The notes below the pieces were generated by a model. That model did no database searches and was not told where the DNA came from. It worked only from the letters and a program-made list of their open reading frames with translations. Below, in pieces: positions 36,802 through 49,136 of a stretch of 64,000 bases of DNA. Made by a program: the position numbers and the translations under genes. This DNA is from Macrostomum lignano (Eukaryota): assembly GCA_002269645.1 (NCBI GenBank), contig NIVC01000931.1, positions 1 through 64,000 on the forward strand. Direction: 5' to 3'. Each line of letters opens with the position of its first letter. The stretch's first letter is position 1.

Positions 36802-37334
36802 AAAGGACAAGAAACCTTGTTTCTTGAAAAATTTTATAAGGTAGGTTTTCCAAAAATGCATTATTAAGATAGGAATTTTTCATTTTTCAGCTCAAATATG
36901 TTATTAGGCCTAATTTCAATAGGATGCAAACCCAATGCTTATCTTTTGATATATTGTGCCTATTTATAGCTCTATTAATATTAATAAAGTTTTTTTGTAA
37001 AATAGGATTCTAATTAGATTTTTCTCTAAAATTAGAATTGACAAAAATAGTTAAATTAGGTCCTAGTTTTAAGTTTAAATTAAAATTAAAAAACTTAAAA
37101 TTAAAATTTGGTGCATTATTACTGTATCAACCTATCATATTAGGTATAAAAAGCTTGATATATATTGATTTAAATTTAGATTATTTGTTTCTTGTTTTAA
37201 TACTCGTATATGACAATAATTAAAAATAAATAAATATACATTTGTCATTAGGAGCTTTTAGAAAACCTGCAGATGTATACTATATAGACTTATAGATTTT
37301 AGATGCACTAAGCTATACTAGCAAGGGTGTTGGA

Positions 37335-37976
37335 CCATATTGCGGAAGGATTTCTGTATACGACGGAAGGTAAATTTTCATTTCGGCCTGTTGTACGACA
37401 GTACGACAGGGATTGGAAAATGGTACTAGTGTTGTACGACAGAGTTAGAGTTTAAGGAAGTGCTGTACAACAAAAATAGTGGCACTTACATATGTGGGTA
37501 GGTGCGGGAAATTCTTGATATTGCATTTTTTTAATATGCAAAGTAAAACAACAGATATATTGTACTTTTTTGCTTGCAATGTCAAGTATAGTTTTGCGCC
37601 AATAAAATTGAATTTAAGAGTTTGTACGAATATAATACTGATAATTTAAATTACCCTTTGAGTGGAAAAGTGCAACTATTGAATTTTTACTTCTTTGCTT
37701 TAACGCAATACGTTAACAACGACGTTATGAGTTAGTTACGAGACTACGAGTATCTGGTACTAGTGTCCGATTGTCCATCAAAGGAATACTGTCTATACTT
37801 CACGTATGAGTCATATGACATTGACAAGTGTACGACAGACAGACATGTAACATGTTTACATGTACGACAGTGTACGACATAGTGCCCCCAAAAATTAGCA
37901 ATGTACGACATGTACGACAGGCGATCCCTGTGTACGATGGAGATTTCTGGCGTATACCTGTCCTTCCGCACTATGG
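37335..37976. mobile_element. MITE (642 bp) with 8-bp TSD and subterminal TGTACGAC motifs
   Basis: TIRs CCATATTGCGGAAGGA / TCCTTCCGCACTATGG (15/16); TSD GTGTTGGA at 37327-37334 and 37977-37984; about 10 TACGAC motifs. Confidence 0.8.
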
Positions 37977-38677
37977 GTGTTGGATTGGAACTACCTACTT
38001 TTTAGCATGATCCTCCAAATGCCCTTTTTGAATTTTAAACAAGTGTTGGCTAGTTTTCAGCTTTGGCTTTATTGAGTCTTGGAAGCTAAGGGTATTAGCT
38101 AATATAATAGTTCATGTTGTTCTCAATCCCATTCTACTATAGTTTTTATCTAATATGTCTAAGCCTAATGCTTTTAGTGCAAAGGTCAGCAAACTTTTTA
38201 CCTCAAGGGCCAGATTGAGAATAGTGTATGACTGACCTTCTAGGTCTGCTTTGCTGGGCTCCTTAAGCAAAATGTGCACCCAGGAGTTCCTGATGTTATT
38301 AATATTAAATTTGCAATTTAGCACCTTCTATACCTAGGCTAAGGAGATGTTGTTATATCTAGCTTTTAGCCAAGACATTTGTTTTTTATTCCTAAATAAC
38401 TTTCAAAGACAACATAAGAAGGGTATTGGCCAATAAAGGATAGCCAATTTTGTACATCTGTCTTGGAACTTTTTTGTAAGATTTGTTGCAACTAGGTATG
38501 CCTATTCTGTTTTGAATAATATTAATTTGTAAAAGATGTGCAGCAACTATCTGAATGATTCGATAATTAGCTAACCAAACTATGGCTATAAATGTTTATC
38601 CAAAGTTTAATGCAATCTATATCTAGTGTGGAAAAAATATTATTATTGTTATTTTTATCAATTTCAGAGCAATTGCA

Positions 38678-41600
38678 ATGGCTGCAGCACAGGAATCAAA
38701 GCTCTCCTTTGTCACTGACGAACAAGTTTCTGAAAAGGAATTTTTAGGCAAGCAATTGAGTTAAATTTTCCTGCAAATTTTAACAAACACTTACCTTTAT
38801 TAACATAATTCTGTTTATTCATTTTAGCTCGTGGTTCATTTGGGGATATTTACTCATGCAAATGGCAGGGCATTCATTGTGTCATCAAAATGCTTAGAAA
38901 TACCACCGAGTCTGCAGACAAGGTTTGGTAAGTTTGGAAGCTTTCGCCACTATCCAGAATTTCAGTTGACAATTGCAATATCTATATGGAGGCTTCATGA
39001 CAAACTGTTCTACCTGCAGGGCTCTGAAAAAGCTTCAAAAAGAGATCACTTTGCTAAAAAAGCTGAGCGATCAGTCGCGTCATATTGTAAAAGTACACGG
39101 CCTGTACATCTGCAACAATATTTTTAATGGCTACCTGATGGAGCACTGCGATTTTGGCGATCTCAGAAACTTTCTTAATAGATTTAGTCGGGCGGTAAGT
39201 TGGTGCACTGGAGAGTCCATCAATCCCTAGCTGTGCACACCAATCCCTAGCTGTACACATCATCAATCCCTAGCTGTACACATCACCAATCCCTAGCTGT
39301 ACACATCATCAATCCCTAGCTGTACACCTCAATCCCTAGCTGTGCCCACCAATCCCTAGGTGTATACATCAATCCCTAGCTGTACACATCAATCCCTAGC
39401 TGTATACATCAATCCCTGGCTGTACACACACCAATCCCTAGCTGTACACATCAATCCCTAGCTGTACACACCAATCCCTAGCTGCACACATCAATCCCTA
39501 GCTGTACACACGAATCCTTGGCTGTAAACACCAATCCCTGGCTGTACACGCCAATCCCTGGCTGTACACATCAATCCCTAGCTGTACACATCAATCCCTG
39601 GCTGTACACATCAATCCCTGGCTGTACACATCAATCCCTAGCTGTACAGATAAACCCCTAGCTGTACACATCAATCCCTAGCTGTACACCTCAATCCCTA
39701 GCTGTGCCACCAATCCCTAGGTGTATACATCAATCCCTAGCTGTACACATCAACCCCTAGCTGTACACATCAATCCCTAGCTGTACAGATCAATCCCTAG
39801 CTGTACAGATCAATCCCTAGCTGTGCCCACCAATCCCTAGCTGTACAGATCAATCCCTAGCTGTACAGATCAATCCCTAGATGTACACACACCAATCCCT
39901 AGCGTACACATCAATCCCTAGCTGTACACACCAATCCCTTGCTGTACACACCAATCCTTGGCTGTACACACTAATCCCTGGCTGTACACACCAATCCCTG
40001 GCTGTACACACCAATCCCTAGCTGTACACATCAATTCCTAGCTGTGCACATCAATCCCTAGCTGTAAACACCAATCCCTAGCTGTACACACACACCAATC
40101 CCTAGCTGTACAGATCAATCCCTAGCTGTACACATCAATCCCTAGCTGTACACATCAATCCCTAGCTGTACACATCAATCCCTAGCTGTACACATCAGTC
40201 CGTAGCTGTACACACCAATCCCTGGCTGTACACAATCCCTAGCTGTACACACCAACCCAAGTATTAAACCAACCCGTAGATCCATCAGTTCATTCTGTGA
40301 AACCGAGTATCCCGCTCGCCCTCCTACCTGTCAGGGCCTGGAGACCAGCAGATTCCCCTGGCTGGTCCAATCCTTCATGCTGGACGTCTGCCAAGCAATG
40401 CGCTGTCTGCAAGATGAACAGGAGCCGCCCGTGTTGCACAAAGATTTGGCTATCGATAATGTGCTGATTACTGGCGACTTTAGGGCCAAGGTAGGAATAG
40501 TTAGTTTGCAGGTTGGGTAGCAAGTCAAGGCACAGTGAGTGTACAGGCCTTATGAAAGTCAGGGCCGCTGTACAGAAGTGGTCGGTTGATTAGAAACTGT
40601 CATGACCTTCAATTGTTCGCCAAAGAAATACTGCCTCAATACTGCGCTGCCATTTCCACAGCTAAGCGATTTCGGCCTATCAAAGAGTCTCAACTCGCTG
40701 GTGTCGCAGAACACCCTGGATCTTGAGCAGCGGATTGGCATCGAGCGCCGGCCGCCGGAACTGCTGCTGGACCCGCTGCGCCAGCCGGATGTGTACATCG
40801 ATCGCTTCCTGTTCGGCGTGTGCCTGTGCGAGTCCCTGATCTGTGCCAGCCTCAGACAGCGAATCTCCGGGCAAGGCATACCCGAGTACAAGCAGATGGT
40901 GTTGAGTGGTCAACTGCCTGGCCGATTGGCCGCTATGCTGGAGACCGAATGCTTTCAGCAATACCCGGTGCGTCTGGCTGCTATTGTGCGGTGTGATGCC
41001 TTTAAGCTTCATCAGTGCTGGGAATCGTTAATAACATTCTTAACTGCCATTAGCATAAAAAGCATGTTAACATCATTAACATCACTAATGAGGGAGTAGG
41101 TGCAACTGAGGTCACTACTGAGGGAGTGTTTATGGTGCAGCTGAGGTCACTACTGAGGGTGTGTTTATGGTGCAGCTGAGTTCACTAATGAGTGAGTGTT
41201 TATTGTGCAGCTGAGGTCACTACTGAGGGAGTGTTTATGGTGCAGCTGAGGTCACTAATGATTGAGTGTTTATTGTGCAGCTGAGGTCACTACTGAGGGT
41301 GTGTTTATGGTGCAGCTGAGGTCACTAATGAGTGAGTGTTTATGGTGCAGCTGAGGTCACTACTGAGGGAGTGTTTATGGTGCAGCGGAGGTCACTAATG
41401 AGTGAGTGTTTATGGTGCAGCTGAGGTTCAGTAGGTGCTGACCATGCAGCGGTGCTAATTCTATTTGTCCTTCGCAGGCCTCTCTGCAGTCTCCCGTGTC
41501 GGAGTTCGACAAGCTTCGCGCCAGCCTAACCGAGGCGATGACCTCCATGTTGGCGCTGAATCCTGAGGAGCGGCCGACGTTCGGCGACATCGCCGAGTCG

Positions 41601-42601
41601 TGGGGGCGTCAGCATTCGGGCAGCAGCGCCGCGGCTGCGCTTGCTCGGGAGCGCAACATTGTGCAGAGCCACTGCCAGCCGCTGCCGCAGCAGCCGGGCG
41701 TTGTCAACATCTTCGACGGCGGTGGCGGTGGCAGACTGGTCCAGCGGCTGGACTCCGGCACCGGCACCGTATCCAGCGGGCAGTGCGGCAGCGGCATCCA
41801 GCCGACCGTGTCCATCGGTAAGGTGCTGGGCAACGTGTACCGGCACCGCTTGAAGTCTGGCGAGAGCGTGCAGCTCAGCCCGCTGTTCGACCTTCAGCTG
41901 CCCGAGGAGCCCGTGCCGATGCAGCCTGGCGGTCAGTTCCGGGCTTGGGGCTTCTGCTTCCCCTGCCAAACCCTGTGATAGTTCCTAAGTCAGCCTCCCA
42001 GATCCTTAGTTGCTGGGCCAGCCTCTCAGATCCTCAGTTGTTGGGCCAGCCTCTCAGATCCTCAGTTGTTGGGCCAGCCTCTCAGATCCCCAGTTGTTGG
42101 GCCAGCCTCTCAGATCCTCAGTTGTTGGGCCAGCCTCTCAGATCCTCAGTTGTTGGGCCAGCCTCTCAGATCCCCAGTTGTTGGGCCAGCCTCTCAGATC
42201 CTCAGTTGTTGGGCCAGCCTCCCAAATGCTCAGTTGCTGGGCCAGCTTCCCAGATCCTCATTTGCCGAGCTCCCAGGCCCTCAGCAAAGCTGTCATGTTA
42301 TCGGCAATCCATTACTCACCAATCGCTTGCTCAACTTCATCCCACAGGTTTGCTCAGCCAGCTGGCCGCGTGTCCCCAGCTGAGCAGCTCCTGGACGCGT
42401 CTCCGGCAAGCGCTGGAGCTTTCCGAGACGCTGGAGGAGGACATCCTCGTGGACAATCTTACCAACCACGATGCTACGCTGAAGGTGTTGGAAGAGGCGG
42501 CCAAGAGATTCAAGGTGCTGACGCTGAAGAGGCTTGGCGAGTCCTTGAAAGCGTTGAACTGTCACGAGGCCCTGGTGCTGATGAAGCCCTATGCCCGGTA
42601 G
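38678..42601 (+). CDS. RIP-kinase-like protein kinase with a C-terminal death domain; exons 38678-38747, 38828-38927, 39020-39194, 40335-40490, 40662-40967, 41478-41931, 42348-42601
   Basis: Spliced frame is continuous: LARGSFGDIY, CVIK, LQKEI, PPVLHKDLAIDNVLI, LSDFGLSK, PPE, PEERPTF; then a Gly/Ser linker; then a helical death-domain-like exon (LSQLA...SSSWTRLRQALELSETLEEDI...ATLKVLEE...TLKRLGESLKAL...ALVLM). Intron 1 is GC-AG; the exon 5 donor is the least certain. Confidence 0.75.
39220..40257. repeat. ~20-bp intronic minisatellite (CAATCCCTAGCTGTACACAT)n
   Basis: About 50 degenerate units filling intron 3 of the kinase gene. Confidence 0.95.
41095..41430. repeat. 35-bp intronic minisatellite (GTGTTTATGGTGCAGCTGAGGTCACTACTGAGGGA)n
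   Basis: About 9 units in intron 5 of the kinase gene. Confidence 0.9.
41990..42260. repeat. 28-bp intronic minisatellite (CAGATCCTCAGTTGTTGGGCCAGCCTCT)n
   Basis: About 9 units in intron 6 of the kinase gene. Confidence 0.9.
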
Positions 42602-43649
42602 CCACAGCTTAGATATTAAAGTTCCTCCGCCGATTATATTAGCGCCCTGTATATAGAACTATTGCCACATGATGTTGTGTAACCAGAAAGCATAAGCTAT
42701 ACTTCTGTCAGCCAAAATCCGTAATTTAATATTATAAATGACATATACAGTTTTTACTTGTTTTTGCCATCATCAAATTTGTGCCTATAGTTTTATATTG
42801 AATCGATCAGTACAATTCTCTTTACATTCTCAAACCGCTGCTATATGTATGATCGTCTCTTAATCTCTTAAAATCTACCATTTTCCCCAGAACTCTTCCC
42901 CCAAAAATCTCTAAATCGCCTACAGAAATCTCCCTAAATCGCCTATAGAAAGCTCCCTATCCCCAAATGAGCCCAGAAATCTCTATTCCATAATCTTGCA
43001 AATTGTGCACTGAAGAGACTACTATATCTGTTTTAGCTGTAGTAGAATGATACGATGTGATCGCATATAAATATTCTATTTTTGCAAATAAACATTGAAC
43101 TTTTCGCAAGCCATTTGCGTGCTGAGACGTAAGAAAACGAATCGTTTTAAGCGTTTTCGTGATTAAGATAAAAATCTCAATTTTTCAAGTTATTTATTTT
43201 CAGTTTTTCATATATATTTCGCTCCAATATATGACTATCAATAAATCAATAAATCTTTTTTTCTGCCCCATTCATCGACATTAATTCAATAATAAAAATG
43301 CATTATCCGGGCAAATTCCTAAATCAATGATATGCTTCCTTGATGTATCCGAGGCAACAGTTCGAATCAAGCTGGCTCAGACCTGGCGTTTGAGCTGTCT
43401 TGGGCCGGGATATTGGCGAGTCATTAGCATCATATATATTTCCTAGCTGTCTTATTTCATTAACAATTCTCTGTTTCCTGCTGGAGCAGCTGGGGCCCGT
43501 TGGTGGCAGTAATACTGAAGTACTTGGCACAGTGCTCATGCGCTTTGGGAGTGACGCCCCAGTTTCTAGAGCTGGGATTCGATGCGGCGGTCTTCGTGCC
43601 GCTTTGCATTATTGATTATGCGGCTCCATTATGAGGCCTGTTCTACTGT

Positions 43650-44430
43650 CTCCTATCTTTCCCAGCTGCCTGTCCTATCCCTCCCAGTTGTCTGTCTTAT
43701 CTCTCTCAGCTGTGTCTCTCCTATCTCTCCCAGCTGTGTCTCTCCTATCTCTCCCAGCTGTGTCTCTCCTATCCCTCCCAGTTGTCTGTCTTATCTCTCC
43801 CAGCTGTGTCTCTCCTATCCCTCCCAGTTGTCTGTCTTATCCCTCCCAGCTCTATCTGTCCTATCTCTCCCAGCTCTGTCTGTCCTATCTATCCCAGCTC
43901 TATCTGTCCTATCTCTCCCAGCTCTGTCTGTCCTATCTATCCCAGCTCTGCCTGTCCTATCTCTCCCAGCTCTGCCTGTCCTATCTCTCCCAGCTCTGCC
44001 TGTCCTATCTTTCACAGCTCTGCTGTTCTATCCCTCCCAGCTCTGTCTGTCCTATCTCTCCCAGCTCTGCCTGTCCTATCTTTCACAGCTCTGCTGTTCT
44101 ATCCCTCCCAGCTCTGTCTGTCCTCTCTTTCCCAGCTGCCTGTCCTATCCCTCCCAGCTCATCCTGTTCTATCCCTCCCAGCTCTGTCTGTCCTATCTCT
44201 CCCAGCTCTGCCTGTCCTATCTCTCCCAGCTGTCTGTCTTATCTCTCCCAGCTCTGTCTGTCCTATCCCTCCCAGCTCTGTCTGTCCTATCTCTCCCAGC
44301 TGTCTGTCTTATCTCTCCCAGCTGTCTGTCTTATCTCTCCCAGCTCTGTCTGTCCTATTCCTACCAGCTCTTTTGTCTCTCCTATCTCTCTAGCTCTCCC
44401 TGTCCTAATCTCTCCTATCTCTCACCTATC
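43650..44430. repeat. ~24-bp pyrimidine-rich minisatellite (CCCAGCTCTGTCTGTCCTATCTCT)n
   Basis: Direct reading of degenerate units. Confidence 0.9.
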
Positions 44431-44834
44431 ATCTCTTTTTTGAAAACCCAGGCAAGAGGTCGAGGACCATATGGAACTAACAGAACAAGCCAAAGCCGTG
44501 CTTTTTATCGCCTGCCTACGAAATGCGTCATGTCTCATAAAAGAACCATTCTCTTCCATGTGGCTGCCTCTGGGAGAGTTGGAATGATTTACGACCCGCA
44601 CCAGTCTTACAGTGCGGCCCAAATTCGGTCGGGGCAATTTGTCTTCTCCAAATGTGGCAAGCAAATCGATGCAAATAATTTAGACTGTAGAACGATAAAA
44701 CGTTAACGATAGATTGAAATTCTTCTTTGTTGCCTTTTCTCTCGAAGATTTATCATTACTGTAAAAAATTCTTGCAAGTCAGACTCCCTATTCGGCATCA
44801 ATGCATTGACTTTTCCTGTCTGCATGCTTCCCAC

Positions 44835-46215
44835 TCTTTCCTGTCTGTCTCTCACTCTTTCCTGTCTGTCTCTCACTCTTTCCTGTCTGTCTACCACTCT
44901 TTCCCGTCTGCTTCTCACTCTTTCCTGTCTGTCTACCACTCTTTCTTGTCTGCTTCTCACTCTTTCCTGTCTGTCTCTCACTCTTTCCTGTCTGTCTACC
45001 ACTCTTTCCCGTCTGCTTCTCACTCTTTCCTGTCTGTCTACCACTCTTTCCTGTCTGTCTCTCACTCTTTCCTGTCTGTCTACCACTCTTTCCCGTCTGC
45101 TTCTCACTCTTTCCTGTCTGTCTACCACTCTTTCCTGTCTGTCTCTCACTCTTTCCTGTCTGTCTACCACTCTTTCTTGTCTGCTTCTCACTCTTTCCTG
45201 TCTGTCTCTCACTCTTTCCTGTCTGTCTCTCACTCTTTCCTGTCTGTCTACCACTCTTTCCCGTCTGCTTCTCACTCTTTCCTGTCTGTCTACCACTCTT
45301 TCCTGTCTGTCTACCACTCTTTCCTGTCTGTCTCTCACTCTTTCCTGTCTGTCTACCACTCTTTCCTGTCTGTCTCTCACTCTTTCCTGTCTGTCTACCA
45401 CTCTTTCCTGTCTGTCTACCACTCTTTCCTGTCTGTCTACCACTCTTTCCTGTCTGTCTACCACTCTTTCTTGTCTGCTTCTCACTCTTTCCTGTCTGTC
45501 TACCACTCTTTCCTGTCTGTCTCTCACTCTTTCCTGTCTGTCTCTCACTCTTTCCTGTCTGTCTACCACTCTTTCCTGTCTGTCTCTCACTCTTTCCTGT
45601 CTGTCTCTCACTCTTTCCTGTCTGTCTCTCACTCTTTCTTGTCTGCTTCTCACTCTTTCCTGTCTGTCTCTCACTCTTTCTTGTCTGCTTCTCACTCTTT
45701 CCTGTCTGTCTACCACTCTTTCCTGTCTGTCTCTCACTCTTTCCTGTCTGCTTCTCACTCTTTCCTGTCTGTCTACCACTCTTTCCTGTCTGTCTACCAC
45801 TCTTTCCTGTCTGTCTCTCACTCTTTCCTGTCTGTCTCTCACTCTTTCCTGTCTGTCTACCACTCTTTCCTGTCTGTCTCTCACTCTTTCCTGTCTGTCT
45901 ACCACTCTTTCCTGTCTGTCTACCACTCTTTCCTGTCTGTCTACCACTCTTTCCTGTCTGTCTCTCACTCTTTCCTGTCTGTCTCTCACTCTTTCCTGTC
46001 TGTCTCTCACTCTTTCTTGTCTGCTTCTCACTCTTTCCTGTCTGTCTCTCACTCTTTCTTGTCTGCTTCTCACTCTTTCCTGTCTGTCTACCACTCTTTC
46101 CTGTCTGTCTCTCACTCTTTCCTGTCTGCTTCTCACTCTTTCCTGTCTGTCTCTCACTCTTTCCTGTCTGCTTCTCACTCTTTCCTGTCTGTCTACCACT
46201 CTTTCCTGTCTGTCT
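44835..46215. repeat. 21-bp pyrimidine-rich minisatellite (CACTCTTTCCTGTCTGTCTCT / ...CTAC)n
   Basis: About 65 units with three recurring variants; produces stop-free ORFs in several frames. Confidence 0.95.
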
Positions 46216-47149
46216 GTCTCTCACTCTCGTGTCTATTCTCAAATTTTGTCTGTTTCTCTCTAATTCGGACTTTTATCTCATCCTCTGTTTCTGGTAAAGA
46301 CTTTTATTTTTTATTGTGGTTTATGTTTCTCAGACTCTTCTGTCTTCTCGGTGGTCTCCTCCGGTCACACACCCACGCACACACACTCCACACTCCTTCC
46401 CCCGTATTTCTCCTTACATCCCCGCCTCTTCCATCTCGCAATCAAATTACTTCCCAGCGCTAGGGCTTATCCCTGCGCTGCTATACTGGAAGTGCAGTAT
46501 GGGGGATATTGCTATAGTGTCCATTCGTACATGTGGGTCAGCCCCAATACTATCTGATATTACCAGCGCAGTACGTAAATTAGGTTGTTAGTTGGATTGC
46601 CACTGCACGCACATTGCGTCCCAGTCAGTTCAGGGTCAAAAACCGGCAGCTAAGATTCAGGGGAGGGAACTCTGCATAAAAAATAAATCCCTTCTAAAAG
46701 TTTATCACCCGCTACTGACTTTATCTATCATATTCTTTTTGGTCTTCGTGTCAGAGAGCGATTTTTTCTAAGCCAGCTGTCTTGCTGGCAGGCTGTAATC
46801 CCGCTTTTCCGCACCAAAGTGTCCTTCTTAAACATGAGCCTGTTCCAAGCCAAGTACTTCTTCGGTTCGATTAGGAATGATGTGGAGGTCCTTGGCGATT
46901 TCTGCTCAAGCCCTCCTTCTTTTCCTTGCCTCCATCTCTCACCCTCTCTCTCTCCTCAGGCACATCAGCTCTTCAAAATCTTTTCGTTTGATTTTCTGTG
47001 CAAAAAAGTTCTGGGAAGAGAGGCCGCCCGCCTTTCCTACGCTTTTTCAATTTCTCTTTTTTATTCAGGCAATCGACCCGGGCTGTGGAGGGAGAAAATG
47101 AGCTGCGAACGAGTGCGATAAGGAAGAGCTGCTACCGAAGCGGGTGACA

Positions 47150-47325
47150 GCTGCAGGATAGATGGAGTGACAGCTACAGGATAGATGGAGTGACAGCTAC
47201 AGGATAGATGGAGTGACAGCTACAGATTAGATGGAGTGACAGCTGCAGGATAGATGGAGTGACAGCTGCAGAATAGATGGGGTGACAGCTACAGGATAGA
47301 TGGAGTGACAGCTACACTGCAAGTA
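47150..47325. repeat. 23-bp minisatellite (GATAGATGGAGTGACAGCTACAG)n
   Basis: About 7 units. Confidence 0.9.
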
Positions 47326-47809
47326 GAGCCATCCAGTATACTCAGTTGTGTGCGGTAGGCAGTATTTGCACACTAAAATCGCTGGATTTCACGCATCCCA
47401 AAATAAGAGCCCCATACGGTTTGGGATTGGCTGGCGTCCCGTCCGTCCTCTCCCTTTTCGCTGCCCCACTCCGGCTGAGGCCATCGCTGATTGAGATGGA
47501 GGAAGCTGGGGCCCGGCTTTGATGCAGATAAATGCTGTCCCGCCTTAACCAAACGAGAAGGGAGCGGGTGAGGCAGGGTCAGCTGTGTTTTCAACAAGCA
47601 GCTGTCAGGCATACCAACTGGAATCAAATTATCCTGCAATAGAATTGAGGCAGAAATTATTATTTTTAAAGCGTATAAACGAAAGCGGCCTGCTGCCCGA
47701 TATGGAGACCTTTATTGCACTGGGCCCTAGCGACATGGGTGAGTGCCCGATTTGAGCACTGCTCTAAACACTACGAGCTACAGATCCATCTCTCTCTATG
47801 CGGGTGATC

Positions 47810-48300
47810 TCTGTTCCCCCTCTGTCCCCTGTCTGTTCCCTCTGTCCCCCTCTCTGTCCCCTGTCTGTCCCCCTCTCTGTTCCCTCTCTGTTCCCTCTCT
47901 GTCCCCTCTCTGTCCCCTCTGTCCCCCTCTCTGTCTCCTCTCTGTCCCCTCTGTCCCCTCTATGTCCCCTCTGTCCCCTATGTCCCCTCTCTGTCCCCTC
48001 TCTGTCCCCTCTGTCCCCTCTGTCCCCTCTCTGTCCCCTCTGTCCCCTCTCTGTCCCCTCTCTGTCCCCTCTGTCCCCTCTGTCCCCTCTGTCCCCCTCT
48101 CTGTCCCCTCTGTCCCCTATGTCCCCTCTCTGTCCCCTCTCTGTCCCCTCTGTCCCCTCTGTCCCCTCTCTGTCCCCTCTCTGTCCCCTCTCTGTCCCCT
48201 CTCTGTCCCCTCTGTCCCCTCTGTCCCCTCTGTCCCCCTCTCTGTCCCCTCTGTCCCTCTCTGTCCCCTCTCTGTCCCCTCTCTGTCCCCTCTCTGTCTC
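47810..48300. repeat. Low-complexity (CTCTGTCCC)n repeat
   Basis: 9-11-bp degenerate units, almost purely pyrimidine on the plus strand. Confidence 0.9.
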
Positions 48301-48789
48301 ATATATTTCTCTCTATCTCTTTGGCGTCACCTTCTTCATCCGATCTCTATGTTTACGTGAAACCCGATCGCAGAGTTTGATTTCACAATTATATTTACCT
48401 GTTCCAACGGATACGCGATTACTCTTGCTGATATCATAGCCTCACAAGAAAGTGGAAATGTTAACTTAAGTACAGTGGCTTTCGCAGGCCAATAAATTTT
48501 CTTAAAATAGGCAAACAACTAGCTGTCGGTCAAAATATGAAAATATTTTCTCTCCTCTCCAATCTCTGCATGCATAGCTCCATCTTAGGAGACTGCGCCG
48601 GGGCGTCATTTGCAATGCAGATTCCGGCAGGCTGGACCCACAGTGGGGAAATTCAATCAGAGATGGGGCGGGCCGCAGACCGAAAATCCTGCAGAGAACT
48701 CCCCCGGTTTCCATTATTCGTATTTAGAGTGGCCCTGTTCGAGTCAGCTGTGAGTACACGTCAACACGTCAACTAGGCTAAGCACACTA

Positions 48790-49110
48790 GGTTGTAGCCT
48801 ATTAGTTAGAGCGTCGGACTCACGACTTGAAGGTCGGGGGTTCGTTTCCCGATTCCACTGAGAACAATTTGTGTCCTTAAGCAAGACACTTTTAAACTCT
48901 GCATTGCTTCAGATCACCCAGCTGTAAAATGGGTGCCAGCATTAGCTGGGGGGTAATTGAGTGTGTGTGGCGACCCCCAGTCCTTGGACTGAACAGCCGT
49001 ACGCAGCCTTCAGATGCGCCGCGCAATAGCTGCGGCTGAGCTGTCGGTTGCACATCTGGCCATTAGGGCAGGTGTAATAAATTATAATTATTATTATTAT
49101 TATTATTACA
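48790..49110 (+). mobile_element. tRNA-derived SINE with CORE-like central domain and (ATT)n tail
   Basis: A box TAGCCTATTAGTT, B box GGTTCGTTTCCC, CORE-like GTGTCCTTAAGCAAGACACTT...CAGCTGTAAAATGGG, (ATT)n tail at about 49080-49108. Confidence 0.75.
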
Positions 49111-49136
49111 CGTCAATCAATAGTGACTATTTTGAA

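Noticed and set aside
44703-46463. Long ORFs of 484-578 aa on both strands
   Set aside because: They are translations of a 21-bp tandem repeat that lacks stops; no splice or domain support.
47340-48770. Exons of an additional gene between the arrays
   Set aside because: Candidate exons on either strand could not be joined in phase or matched to a known domain.
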